A stretch of 63,000 bases of DNA, filler included, from Choristocarpus tenellus KU-1152 (lineage: Eukaryota; Protista; Phaeophyceae), in NCBI GenBank assembly GCA_964200185.2. It is 9 parts of 9 records of this genome, joined end to end, with 100 filler letters (N's around TTAATTAATTAA, not from the genome) between each part and the next. Parts side by side here need not be neighbours in the genome. Positions count along the whole stretch, not along the records: positions 24,514 to 28,916 come from CAXNAD020014709.1; positions 29,017 to 32,812 come from CAXNAD020017874.1; positions 32,913 to 43,000 come from CAXNAD020003157.1; 6 more parts are not named here. One strand, written 5' to 3'. The stretch's first letter is position 1, and each line of letters starts with the position of its first letter. Shown here in pieces: positions 27,439 to 41,164 of this stretch. Below the pieces are notes generated by a model. The model saw nothing but the letters and a program-made list of their open reading frames with translations. It had not been told where the DNA came from and made no database searches. Made by a program: the position numbers and the translations under genes.

Positions 27439-28199
27439 GTATGTATATAAATGGATGGGAGATGTGTTGGAGGTGGATACAAGGGACGGGGGATGAAATC
27501 CTAGAGGGATCGTATGCCAGCAGCGGATCTCTAATTCTGTATATATTTGTGTGTGGTAACTGCCGCAGCAGCGCAGGGACGGGCGGATGAGATGATATTT
27601 GGACTAACTGTAGTGTGGAGTGGATATCTGTTCTCTTCTTTGTTTTGTTGACTGGGCATTCTTCTCTTTATGGAATGTTGTGTAGTATTTCCTTTGCAGT
27701 CACAAAGCATTTCTCTTTGTTGTATTTGCGAATGTATTTTCCTGTCATCGTTTCCTTTGTATTTGTTGCATTTCAATCTATATCTTTTTGTCAGATATAC
27801 CCATTTTTCTGCTCTCTTTTTGTATTGTTTCTTGACCACGAGTCCTACCATTTATGTTTCCCCCTTCCTCCCTCCAACCAGCAACACTTGTGTTGTGAAT
27901 CGAACTTATGTGTGGAAATCACATCAAAATCAAAAATCAAAGAAGCACACCCTGTGCAAAATAGGACAATAGTGAGGTGTACCTTATTTTGTGTATATGA
28001 GATTATTGTGTTGAATTGAGTACATCCGGATTATGTATGGGATTATGTATTGGTATTTATTCCGCATTCAACTACTTTGACATAACCGTTGACTTAGATA
28101 GGAAGCACAAATAAATAATAAACAAGCAATGAGAAGACACCACACAAAGGTCACTCTTCTAATTTCAACCATGTAATCACGTTCAGCAAAGGAGGTCGT

Positions 28200-28916
28200 G
28201 TGAGGCTTCACACCTTCTTATCTTCACTATTAACGAATAGCATCACCTCCCAAAGTAATTTGCACACACCCCTCAAAGAGTAGGATGTAGCCTGTTGGAG
28301 CCAAAACTTTCAGAGTTTCAATGAATGGAGGATGACGGAAGTAAAGGAAAAAGTACCTGCTTCAAAGGGGCTCAATCCAGGAAAGGCTACTCCCACGAAT
28401 TATCGCAATATGCCATTTAATTCTGTTTTAGTTATGTTTCTGTCTAGATAACGTTTGGTTAAGGATATGATGATGGCGAGTGACAATGCAGAATGCGATA
28501 GTGCCAAGGACACAGTTGAAACTGCGTCTGGACGTAAAGAATTTATTTTCCACTGTATATCTCAAGGAAACGACATGCTTTTGGTGAGAATCTATAAATC
28601 ATGAGATCGTATTTCTGTGTGTGTTGGAAAATAGGGCAGAGACACCATCTGAGTGACGACATATCTCACAGGAGGTGATACATGCACAACACTTGCAAGT
28701 ATTTCATTGTTAATGTCAAAAGAAATGTACTGATTAGAGGAGTGGCGGGGACACTGGTCAGGAGCAATGAATGAAAAATCCGTTTTAACCCTGATGCCAG
28801 TATTTCTTGTTGAGGATGCACACAAGAAAGCATCTGTGATGTCATAATGATCAAGGTTAAACCGGTCCGTCTTTGTTATAGAGGGTATTCTGAGAGCTGC
28901 GAAGACTGAAATGGAC
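28200..28916 (+). pseudogene. Degenerate reading frame, possibly a hAT transposase remnant
   Basis: One long frame with sparse stops. PFNSVLVMFLSR and TTYLTGGDTCTTLASI loosely resemble the hAT TRWNS and LS-x-YPTL blocks. Confidence 0.3.
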
Positions 28917-29016
28917 NNNNNNNNNNNNNNNNNNNNNNNNNNNNNNNNNNNNNNNNNNNNTTAATTAATTAANNNNNNNNNNNNNNNNNNNNNNNNNNNN
29001 NNNNNNNNNNNNNNNN

Positions 29017-29040
29017 CCCCCCCCCTAGATACTTTGACCC
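29017..29040. mobile_element. MITE family C right TIR (contig start)
   Basis: polyC-TAGATACTTTGACCC. Confidence 0.7.
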
Positions 29041-31989
29041 TGAAGCAAGGTCCCTTCTCGTCTCCTCAAGGGACAATGTGGTAAGTGCAAGTGAATTATC
29101 CTGAGTCATCACACAACAGAAGGTCAGGACACATTTGTTGAGTGTCAAAGTGGAGGTCGAGGCTTGGGTCAGGGATGTTGTTTCTCGGTTCAAGGTCTCA
29201 TGTTGAGACTTGGTATCAAAACTGAGGTCCGGGCCGCAGAGCCAGAGGGAGACCCCGTTTGTTCAACATATCACAAGCACAGACAGGATGTGAAGCCTGA
29301 CCATCCATCCTACTTCAATCGAGTGTAAGCTCATACTCAGACTTGGTGACATCCCAATTTGGGGCTAACTGGTAGGATAGGAGTGGGTCGGGGGAGATTT
29401 GGTCTCGAGCTAACGGTTGCATAAGGAGAGTGTGATTAATCATTGTCAAATATTTCAAATATTGGTGATCTTGTTGTAGTCCTCATAGGTGAAATGGTCG
29501 CCACAGGCCTTGTAGTGTATGTGTCCAGTGTGTTTCGAAGCAGCAGAAAAAATTACCATCGGGACAAACAGTATGCTGCAGGTCGAATCGGTCCTTTAGG
29601 CACGTGATCATCCCTGAATTCCATCACAATCGGCAAGAATGGGAAGATTTCCATTTCATTACGACCAGACCACTCGATGATGCACTACTTGTGAGAAGGT
29701 GTTTTCAACCTCGACCACTCCCATGGTTTGCGTCACCTTTCGATACTCGGTCAATTATCCTCTGGTCAGGTTCAGCTCAACATGTGCGAGTTCACCCCAC
29801 ATCTTCTCTTTGAAACAATGTTGCTAACATTGGCGGGAGCATACATGTGAAGTTTGCATCTGGTCGGGTTTCTGTGTTGAGTTGCTCGCCTCGTAAGAAC
29901 TCTAGCATGAAAAATGAGGAGAAGGACTTCATCTAAAGTTTCCTGTCGATGTTATACCCAGCCGGTCAAGAATTGATTCAGTCCAGAAAGGTAACACAGC
30001 TTGTTAAAGCATCACCTCTGCTTGTCTTGATCCTCTGAACTACGATTCCCTGAGATATGCCATATTGTCAAGTGACGTATGGTGTCGACTAGAGAGCGTA
30101 GCACCTCCAGCGCTGAGCACCCCACTTTTGTCACATTTCCAACCATGACGCAGGGGGAAGATCCTGACAGAGCTCTTACGAAGATTGGCATGGTAGGCCA
30201 CCTCGAGGAGTTCTTTGCGTCGACCGTGGAAGGCTTTTTTTTGACGAGGTGGGGTATTGCCACCACTACAAGCAAGTGAATGTGAAGCTTGCTGGGGAAC
30301 TCCAGGATGCAGAGTAGACGTTGGGTAGCTACAGTCCATCACAACTCTACCCCTCAACCTTAGTTTTGCGCACATTTTCATGTTTGAATATACCTGTATG
30401 TGACCACAAATATAGGTGACACAATTATTCTCCCCTTTCTTCTAAAGCGGGAACTTGTGCCAGCTCTGGTAAGTCCACCACCTTATCATCAACATCTGCA
30501 CACATGATATCTTACTGGTTTGGTCTGAAATTTGTTTCCTTTACTAATTGTGTGCGTGTTCCTTTACCCAGAAGATATGCGTATGACTGACCAAGTTGTA
30601 CCTGAATACAATAGTTTGGACATTGGGAGAGGCATTCCTTCCAACAGCAGTCACAACAACAGCCAAGGGTTACACAAAATGCTGAAGATGGTGGAGTGGA
30701 GTGCGAGATGTTTGTGCGTGGACGTCCCCCTGATAAGGTTCCTGCCAATTGCTCTGCGGTCCTATCAGCGCAAAGAAGAGGGGGGAGGGAAAAGGATTGG
30801 GTTGGCATTGCAGCAAAAGTATTAGAGAAAGGTGGCAGAACGGTCTAATGGAGACGAAATTTAGGTTGCCATATCGGGCCAATGAACACATGTATAGGAG
30901 GACACGTGTAAACACAAACTGTTTGGGAGCTGAATAAATTCAATTTATATATATTATATTACATGGATAAGTCCATTGTTTTAAATGGAACGTATGATCC
31001 ATGTCCATCATCATAACATGTGTCCGTGGAGGCATGTGTCTGACTGGTGAAGTGGAGGGTGAGTCACGAACATATATTGGCCAATATTGCTTCTCAAAGC
31101 CATGTCTGTAGTCAATATGGTGGTTGTGTAGGACTTGTACCCAGAACCAGGCCCGTTTAGGAGGGTCTTGGACAATGGTGCTGTAGTGGGTGCTGTAGTG
31201 TTGGACAAGGAGCCGCATATTTCGCAAGTCGTCATTTTCCTGCTTGACCTTGTGGGGGTAGCTGACTCGCTTTTCACTAACTTAGACCGTGTGTAGTGGG
31301 GCTGGTACTTGGTCACGGTCCCTCGCATCCGCTGATCGTCCTATCCGAAGTATAGTCTCCTTCCCCTAGTTCTGGCATTGAACGTTACTCCCTCTTCTGA
31401 ATCCGGCACATATATAACTCAGTGTCGGTTCAAGGGGTCTGTTTTTTATATAGGGTCCTGCTTTCATGTCCCGACTCTTTCGAGCCCGACAGCTAACTCG
31501 GACACACAGGGTTGTAGTCTCGTCACTGTCCCTCTTTTGTTCTTGTCTGGAAATGTATCATATGTACGCCCTTGGAACATCTACGTGAACATCGCTGACC
31601 TTCCCCTGTACAATTGACCCCTCCCCCACTCGTGCATATGATGAAGATGGTTCCTCAAGGGAATCTGGCTTCGGGCATGCCCTCAAGTCTGAGTTGCCTA
31701 GAGAAGCGAGCAGGTATCCCACCGAGCGATTGTCGGTTGGATTCCGAGGCGAATCTCTGGTATTGACCGGGCAGGATCCTGAATGTGTTGTCCAGATGGT
31801 TGTGGTCGATGTTGGTGAGGTCTGGGAAGATGATAGCCTGAAGGGGCATGACCCGGGGGCCCGGTTGTGCGTCCTGCATCGCCACAAACATGTTCGTTGC
31901 GGGGGCTGTGTTGGTGTGTAGGACAATTGGAATGTGTTTGCGCGTTATGGCCTGGTTTGGCTGTATGAGGGGGGTGTTGTTTGTTTGGG

Positions 31990-32812
31990 TTATAACCCTA
32001 AAGGGTTAGGAAAAACGGATAGTTTATACAGATGATTGAGGATACTCTTAGGCAGCGGAACGAACGTATGGGACGCGTTTATTCGCCCTATGTAAGCTGT
32101 GAAATATTGCTTGAGAGAGGTGGCAGTGGCGGTTGCGAGTTGGAATAACAAATTATCCGTGGTTTGGATGCAGGGTTGGAGGTTATGGGGGAGAGGAGTT
32201 ATGTGTTGGTTAGAGTGGATATGAGGGGAAATTGGACATGTGTATAGGGCCAGCGTGGCTTCATTCGTGTGGGGCATTGTCTTGAGTTGGAAGCAATAAG
32301 AATCGTTACCCACCTTGTCCGTCAGTGACATGTGGATAGTTGGCACACCATCAATGAAGCTGGCATTCAGCACCTCGAAGTCTTCAGTGACAAAGACGAT
32401 CTCATCTCCACCACTGACCATCCCTCCGTAGCTGGAGTGGTGTCTGGCGTTCCATCGAATCATGTCCTTGCGGTGGACAGTGAACGGCAAGAACTCTATA
32501 CCATTATACTCCGATGGCTGCGTCCGCACAATGCATATGTTCCCCTCGGTGAGCTGTCTCTTCTTCCTGGACAGCTCACTTCTGAGATACATATCACCTG
32601 TTCCCGCTTCAGTGGAAAATCCGAGGTCTATTTGCTTGAGTGGGGGCACGTGGATTGGTTGCCACCTGCATTAGGCGAGGTTGCCGATGGAACAGTTTGT
32701 GCAGTAGCAGGACAGTTCGGTGTATACCAGTGTACGGGAGCCGCCGGGTGTGAGTTGACCAGTGAAGAACCTGTGCATGGACTTGATTCCACTGAGATTC
32801 GGGACACGTGGG
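31990..32812 (-). pseudogene. C-terminal part of a Sola2-like transposase (contig-truncated, in-frame stop)
   Basis: The frame reads PNLSGIKSMHRFF...YTELSCYCTNCSIGNLA*C and continues into the 219-aa ORF; TAA is at 32671-32673. It resembles the G-x3-H...LSCxCxxC-x2-G-x4-C block I recall from Sola2 transposases. Confidence 0.6.
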
Positions 32813-32912
32813 NNNNNNNNNNNNNNNNNNNNNNNNNNNNNNNNNNNNNNNNNNNNTTAATTAATTAANNNNNNNNNNNNNNNNNNNNNNNNNNNNNNNN
32901 NNNNNNNNNNNN

Positions 32913-35900
32913 GGGTATCGTTCGAAAATCTCTAACCCAGATCAGGCACCGGTTCGTAGAGATGGACAGGAGGGGGGGGCGGGGTATGAGGAGGTGAAGT
33001 TGAAGGGTCAAACAGAGGACCAGGGGGAGGCCATGCAGCAGGGAGAAGTGCTGCACGATGAGTACGGCTCGTGGGACTTCGAGGATGCAGATTTGGATGC
33101 ACTCTTGGAAAATTACAGTAACCAGGGTCAGAGCAAGACTCAGAGCCAAACCCATACACAAGGCCAAGGGCAAAGTAGCAAATCACCGCCTAACCAATCC
33201 CACGAGGTTGGTGATGCAGCAATGGCCACAGCAGGAGCAGGAGGAGCAGGAGCAGCGGGGGCAAAGACGAATGCTGTTGCAGCTAAGGCGGCGTGGGGAC
33301 TTATTGCTGAGCACGTGAAGGGACATGTCCTTCCACATCTGCGACATGTCTGGAGCAAAGAGTGGACAGTCGCACGATACGCGCAGGAGAGCAACACCTC
33401 CTCTCAACGCCAGGGTCAGCACAATAATCCCCGTCAAGCCCCCAACGCAACCCAGGCCAAGAATGTGGTCAAACCGATGTACTCCTCCTCCGCCCCGTAC
33501 CCCAGTGCCTCTGGTGGTGGTTTGTGCCCCTCCAACGACGTCCATCGCGTCCCTGTGAAGTCCCTTGTGGATGCAGGTATCGTTCTTGAACTGGAGGCGT
33601 CTGCAGCTCTCGCCGTACTTTGTTCCGGCTTAGACCTCGGTGAGAGGGGGGTGCAGGGGACTGGAGCAGGGAATGGGGATGATGTTGGCCGGGGAAGTCA
33701 CGCCCACCCCCCAGCCCTTGGTGGTCGATCCCGGGAGGACTGGAGAGAGCTTCGCAAGCAGTTCCTGGATATGCAGTCCCAGCCCCCAGACCCTGCAGTA
33801 CCTGAGCAGCGCCTCCTCCCCACTGCCTTCTTCTCGATAGTCCTCACCAGGGCGTATTGGGCTGAGAAGGCGTTCTCCGTCGGCACTGAGAACACTGGTG
33901 TTACTAACGCTGGCTCTGAGACGGGTGTTGTTTCTGTTCCAGTGAGTTGTGCGTGCGTTGGTCACAACCTTTTGGTAGGTGTCTTGAGAGGTGTTGAGTG
34001 GGAGTTGCTCCGGTTGTGGATGCAATCTGTGCTTGACCCGATGGCCTTTCCCCTGGCGCATGCCTGGGATAGCAGGGACAGGCGGGGTGGAAGTGAACGA
34101 TTGCGTGTGCCTGGTATGGGGGTGAGGCAACCTTCAGATGTTGTTCGTGAAGGCTTCGAAGGGTTCACTGAGTGTCTGGCTCTAGCCTATGGAGTGGATG
34201 TAGATGAGGGTATTGGTAATGGTGATCGCAGCGGGGGGAGGGGGAGGGGCGGAGATGAGAAGGAAGGGCCTCTTGTGGCCTCTGCCCTGCGGGGGGTGCT
34301 GGAGAGACGATCGACGATGTTCGAGGCCGAGGAATTTGATGATTTTTCCAACCAAGAGAGGAAGGTGATTGTTGTACTATGGCGAACGGGATGGCCCAGG
34401 TGGAGGGAGGGAGGGGCGCAGAGGGGACGATCGACCAGAAACACGGTCTGAGAATTTCTGTTCAAATTTAGATTTTAAATTTTATGCTGTGTGTGTTGTG
34501 CTATTTTCTTTTTTTCTGTTTCCTCCGTTGGTATGCAATGGCGCCGTGTTGTTAGGCCTGTTTTACCTTGTCAGTTCTATCCGTCGAAGAGATCAATTTC
34601 ACAAACGTGATAGTTGTCATCTTGTGATAAGAGCCAGTCTTGTGATAAAGAGCCAGTCTGTTGGGTCCACGCACGTGTGCGTTTCAAATTGCTTAGCGCT
34701 CTTGTGGATCTATGATCTGCCGCCAGTTCTCCCCACCTCCATGGCCCTGGGTTGTCTACCTCGTACTTTTACCAGTCCAATATTTGTACAACTACTCCTG
34801 GCTTGTTCGATGTACAAGGTCTTGGAACGAGTGCTGGATGTACAGTCCGTGATGCTTCACATGGCCAAGTTATGGGAGGTGGCGAAGTCGCTTGGATCGA
34901 GCCATCCGAAGGACTCGACTGCACTCAAGAATCGAGTGGTAAACATTGTCCAAACTGCTATCACGTGAGAACGCCACTGATGTTATGCTATGTTACGTTA
35001 TGTTATGTTCGGTGTGTGAAGTGCTGCTGTTAGGTATTGAGGCGTGATGCAGCGCTCACAGGAAGAGGGTCTTTTATACTCCCCCGAGACTTTGTGAAGA
35101 TTTTTTTGTGTAACTCTTGAACGGAAGGAAGTTGGATCTCTGAAAAGTGATGCGAAAATTATCATACAAGTGTCGTCTGCTCTGTAGAGCTAGCTCTAGA
35201 CAGAGAGTGTTCCATGACCGATCCTTGAAGATTGCAGGAAGATCCACCTTTTTTGTTCTTAGGTTGTCCTTGTGTACTTGATGGTAAGAAAAAAAAGAAG
35301 TAACTTGGAGATGTATCGAGATGTTTTGATGGAAAGTAACTTGAGACCTGTAGGATTATTTGCACCGCCTCTCAAGGTCCACTCGCTTTCATTCAAGAGC
35401 TTGATAAAAATACGTGTACAATGCATATATATATATCACTTGATTATTACATAGAACAACAGACATTTCAGGTGAATGGGTCCTCAAATAAACTGAGTTT
35501 GCAAAGCGATCTTGTGGTGTGAGGTCGGGGTCAATCAAGGTTGTGTTTGAACGCTGATGGTGCAAGAAAGGTGTTCCGACTTTCGTTTTGTTCTCTTTTC
35601 AGTTGTTTGACATCAGGAAATGTTTGAATAGTTCTGGACAGCAGTGAAAGAACCGCATTGAGGCAGGTTTAAAGGGTCTGCATAGATAAATAAATATAAG
35701 AGACTTTTGTGTGATTAGACTGCCACCTGGCGTGGTCAGCTTTTGAAGGAACTGCTGATGATCTATCTCCAGATTATCGCACAACCTAAAGAATATTTTG
35801 ATATTCTCCTGCAGTGGAAAAGACACTGGTGCCACAACAGGGATCATGCAGAAGGTGGAAGTGGTACAATAGAGTTGTAGGAGCAAATTCACACGATATG

Positions 35901-38900
35901 GCGATGATAAATGACCCCTACTTGTCTTCTACTCTAGCAGTTGCCTAACCCACCACTGACCATGCGTATGCCACTGCCATTACAACCTCCCTTCACCTTT
36001 TTTTTCCCCCAACCGTTTGCCAACACTCCTGAAGATTCTGATTTGTCCATTTATGTTCTACTTTGTTGAAGTACAGACTGGGCTGATGGAATGCTATTGT
36101 TTATCACCCAAATCTCTCCCATGCAGGTAGACCATGGCTGCAGTGTTTGTAGTCAATGACCACCCAATAAAATTTTTATTCCAAGTCTTTTTGCAGCCTA
36201 GTAGTACATGCTCTGATCGATATGGAAGGTGTTCTTGTGACTCATCAAGGCGAGACCTCTGTTACCGATGATCTACACATTGATTTCTGTTTCAGTGCCA
36301 CCTGCACCCTTTGCCGTTCATTTTTTTTTTTTTTAATCTTACTCCGTACACACATATTTTTTATTATTAGTCCCTTCCTACGCAGTACACCCTAACCCTA
36401 GAGTGCTTTATTCGATGTCACTTCTAAACAGAGCAAGCACAAAAAAAAATCCTTCCAATCTGCCTTACATTCCGTAGTAGGGTAAGTAAGCAAGCTCTGA
36501 TCACATGCCTGCCCCCCCTGGTGTTCACAATATACAGGGCACTGAAACGATTTCTCCCAGAGGTTTTTCCTACCCATGGTCAAGGTGGTGTTGCTCGTGG
36601 TTCCAGACCTGATGAACAATCAGGACCAGGCCGGTATAGCTTCTCCTTTCGATCTCTTTATGGCCGGGCAGCCTTTGCCGTAGTGGGTATGTTGGCCCGC
36701 CTCTGTGGTGAGGCACTCAAGGGCCCCCCCATCAGGGACCTTGTGGGGACATGTTTTGAAGGAGTTGCCTTCCTCACAGGGAACACTTTGGCCCCAGTGG
36801 GTGGTGGGAAAGGTGGAAATGATGGGTCGGTTCACCCTGAAGTGCTCGCATTGGCGGTGATGCATGTACCAGATCTCCTTCTATGCTTTGCCCAGGTGGG
36901 TGGGAAGGAGGGGTGGGTGAAGATTGTGTTGTTGGTGTTCCCGGATGGTATGGGAGGTAACATGATCTGTGCTGTGGGGCCGTTCAAGAGGGTGAAGTGA
37001 TCAGGTTGCGTGGTTGTGAAACACGGTCTCTCTTGAGGAAGATATAGTACTCCACGAAGATATAGTACTCCATGAAATGACTGTGTACAAGATGATATCA
37101 GTGTGCCTCCTTTGCAATGTTTGAAAAAACAGTAAGAGCTGGAGTGAGCCCCTTCGCTCCAACCTTGTAGACCTTGATCTTGTACGAAGTGTGTGCAATT
37201 CTGTCTCAGATTAACTGTCTGAACTGGTAATATCTCAAATGTTACTCAGAAAACGAATAGAGTATTTTCACGATTGAGTTCTTACTGTAGTTATTGCGTG
37301 TATGTCATGGGGCACATAATTTGAGTCAATATCAGGCAAGGATAAGAGGTGTGTGTAAAAAGAAATTCCCCCAAGGCACAAACAGTTGAAAAAAGTGACT
37401 ATTTTAATTGAAAACGACCGGATTGGTATGTTCATAGTCATCATCATATTCTTGTGTTTGATGAGTGTATAGAGCTCTATTTAATGATGGACGACTCCGT
37501 AGTTTGGAAGACTTCTCATGGAAATGCATGGTGTTAATTACCCAAGTTTTATCACTGAGTAGCCTTTGCAATGCCATCTTGTCTAAATGCACCTTGTGCA
37601 GGTCATACAGCACTATTGGGGACACTCATTCCTCTGGTTTTGCCCCACTGCCTTACGATCACATAGCCCTTTCCGCTCAGCCCATTCCTTGTCCCTTTCC
37701 TTTAACCCACCTCTTAGTCATCGCCCCTCATCCTCTTCACTGGTTTCCTCCACTGCCACACCTTATCTCCATTCCCAGATGTCCTTCACCCTACCACCTG
37801 TAAAGGACTGGCTCGCTAGTATATCCAAGCTTGCCATCAAAGGAGGAAGGACAAAGGAACTAAAACATACGGTGGGGACAATTGAATCCACCTCAGACCG
37901 GCTCCTCCAGGCCCTGGCTTCTGGACTGCGCGGGAGGGGCCAATACCCTGCTGATCCTGCCCCACGGAATCGACGCCCCTCAGTCTTTGCTGCCATTGCA
38001 GCTGTTGTCCTTGACATGCCACCCCCTTTGGCATTATCTCTATCCAGACCCTTGACCAATCTGCGTATCCAGTACCTTACAGGAGTGGATGGGGTTGGAA
38101 TAGCACGTGAATTGCTTGAGGCGATGAGGGTAGTGGGGTCTGCAAATGGGACAGCGTCACACAGGTCACAGAGTGGAGTGGGCAGTTTCAGCAGTAGCAA
38201 GAGGCTTCTCAAGCTCGTGAAGCTGACCCTGGGCCCGCGGTTCCCCTGGGAAACCCCAGGGCTTTCCCCACCAGACCTGAGGCGAGATGTGTTGCCGCTG
38301 CTCCATCCACTGTACAGCCTCATTCGAGAAGCACTCGTTGGGGAACCTGGACCAGCACGGGCACTAGGGGTCCCAGCTCTTTCAGCAGCAGTGTCTGTGA
38401 TTGCCCCACATGTTGATGGCTTGAGATCAGAACCAGTATCAGTCGACAGGGTGGTTGGAAGCTCTGGGGCTGGAGCTGGGACAGGGTTTGAGAGGGGAGA
38501 GGTCGTGCGTCTGGTGTGTCCAAACAATGGCTCAAAGTACAGCATGACTGCCCTCGATGATGGCATAAAGAGTGCACTACCACCCCTGTGTGGGGTAAGG
38601 GTGGATGAACGTAGGGCAGTGTCCTGCTTTGCTGAGGCAGTGACCCTTGCAGTGGCCATGCACATTGACATCATCCTCTCCTCCGTATCAATGAATCAAA
38701 GCAAAACTGATGTTGACAAAGGTAGCACTCTTTTCCCATTTGATGAGGCAATGCCAGGTGGTGGAATTGGCCTAGTTGCTCTTGGGCAGAAAGAGGATGA
38801 GCTTGAGGCACTTCTACGCCAGATCAGTGTATGGAGTTTGCCAAATTGTACTGGTAGAGGGTGGGGTGTGAACCCCTCAGTCACTAGGGATATTGGAGGT

Positions 38901-39044
38901 GTGGAAAGTGAGGTGATACTACTTCCAGAGCTACTTCAAGAGGCTGACACCCTAGCACTGACCTTTGGAGGGTTAGTGAAGGAGGTTGCCGAGGAGCTTG
39001 AACCAAGACTTCAAAAATGCAAATTTAAATTATCCTCTTCATGA
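32913..39044 (+). CDS. Large protein of unknown function, C-terminal ~1070 aa (5' truncated)
   Basis: Exons 32913-34364 (open from the contig start), 34819-34964, 36538-36895 and 37779-39044. All have GT-AG boundaries and matching phases (0, 2, 0). The product is Leu/Ala-rich with Gly-rich insertions. Confidence 0.85.
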
Positions 39045-40982
39045 TGCAGAATGAGGGTGTTGAATGTTGAAGGTTTCCGAGTGTCTTGTGTGTGATGATG
39101 CACTGAGGGGTGCTTTGTGTAGAAGTGTGGATTTGGAGTGGGAATGAGTCAATGCACTAGCCCATAATAGGCAGAGCTAATTATTATAGAGACTGAAGTG
39201 GCTGGTTCAAGACTCTCCCCTGGAGATTGTTGAGGTGATGGACTCAGCTAAAGTCTCGGTCAAGTCCCCTATTGTATTGTTTGGTCAAGGGGATATGAGT
39301 GGGTTAGATGTATGCATCAATATGTAGGTAGGTATCTATGACAGTGTCACACAAGAAATTGGTACTCCATCAGAGTACCTACTTAAACACTACAAATAAA
39401 GCACTAAAGCTCATATACTTTGTTGGGGGGGTTGTACTATCGCAACGTTTTATATCGCTGACCCAGGATATAGAAAACCACAACCCATAACTAAATTCAA
39501 TACTATTCTATGAACTTTTTTTAAAAAAATTGTTACGAAGTAGAATGGTCGGGGTGAAGGCAGATTCTTGGATCAACACAACAGAAGAAGATACTCCACC
39601 CCACAAACTGCCTGATTGGAGCCTGTTCAGTAATAAATATGTTCTTTATTGCTGGATTCGGTGAAGGAGTGATAGTCAAGAACTAGCTGTTGTAGAACAG
39701 AAGACATACTACCGAAACTTAGTACTGACTGCAGATACATACACACTAAATGTAAAACATCCATTCACTACTATCAGCTAGTATTGTTCATTTTAGCAAT
39801 ATGCCTCAAGTCACATTCATCCTTGACAGGACTCTGCTTCCAAGGCTATTTCCTGTTAGTGATGTTCCTACGTCCATCGATCTTGTACACCCTCAGTCAT
39901 GTGGCGAGTCTTGGTGCAGGTATCTTTTAGAGTAGAGTAATGGGCATTTCCTAGCTCCTACCCAGGGAAATCCATTATCCTCACACAAATGTAGTGACTT
40001 CCAATACACCAGAGAGATGACAAGCTTGATAAGCCAGGCACTGTAGCATCATCACCGAAAATCACATCGTTGTCTCCAATCCATATTCATGTCACAAAAT
40101 TGTGAGTATATATTTTAGGTAAGTTTGTGGTACATAACCAGACCAATAGTATCTTAGAAGGGGGCTTAACGAGGGTGGTGTAAGACACCCCAGTTTAATG
40201 CCCGTTTTGCAAGTGATTTTCCTTTGGGTTTGGTTCAGGCAGGGGGATGGAGAAGGGAGGTGCATTCAGATGAAGGAAATTGCCCATACACACCTGACAG
40301 GTTCACTCAGGTGACATGGAAACCGCTACAGGTTCACATATATCCTGGAATTGACACCTCGCCCGCCCTCTATATTGGTCTAAAATTGAGAATCATCGAT
40401 TGTTCTGGTCAAGAGGGACAATTATACTCACTATTATCTCTGTTGAGGAACCTGTAAATGTCGAACCCCATTTTCGTAAACCAAGTTGAAGTAACCCAAA
40501 CCAGAAATCTGTGGATGAAGACTATGCCCTATGGACAGATGTTTTGTGGGTGAATTGGAAAATGGAGGGACTTAAGTATGCTCAAATACACATCAGAACG
40601 TATCACCTCAGACATGCCTTGACAACAAAAGCACCACCCTCTAGGATACTTTTGACTCTTCATCATGTACTCTTCCCATTTCCCTGTGAGAAGACCGCAC
40701 ATGGTTACAATACTTCAGATTCCGATTTAAAAGGAATAAAATTGCTATTGAAGATAAGCTCTGTCTGTCGCAGTACCACCTGCTATTTATTCATTATCCA
40801 CCAATCACATCATTGTGGTTAAATCCCGATATTCTTGTTCTTCCTCTCACCAACTCCGCCTTGCTACTTCTACTACATCCAATGGTTCTAAATTGAATCA
40901 TACAAAACACTTCGTGTCAATGTCAGTTGTATATAGAACAATAAAAAGAGTATTGTGTATGATAATGTACATACATGTAATT

Positions 40983-41164
40983 GGGTCAAAGTATCTGTAG
41001 GGGTGGGGGGTGGTTTGTGAGGGGGCGTCTGTTTCGGTCAAACAACTCTTTTTTTTGCTGACATCACAACCAATGACACATGAGACCAAATCACACCAAA
41101 AAAGTGAAAATTGAAAAAAGGGTGAAAAACGGATGCCGATACTCCCCCCCAGATACTTTGACCC
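40983..41164. mobile_element. MITE family C (182 bp), complete
   Basis: Perfect TIR GGGTCAAAGTATCTG / CAGATACTTTGACCC. Flanks are AATT/ACTT. Confidence 0.9.

Noticed and set aside
29210-29225. TGGTATCA as an LTR primer-binding site
   Set aside because: There is no adjacent recognisable LTR or gag/pol, and the match is too short.
37763-38674. 303-aa minus-strand ORF (and similar ORFs at 33183-34465, 24662-25752, 58289-58603)
   Set aside because: These are antisense shadows of GC-rich coding exons on the other strand.
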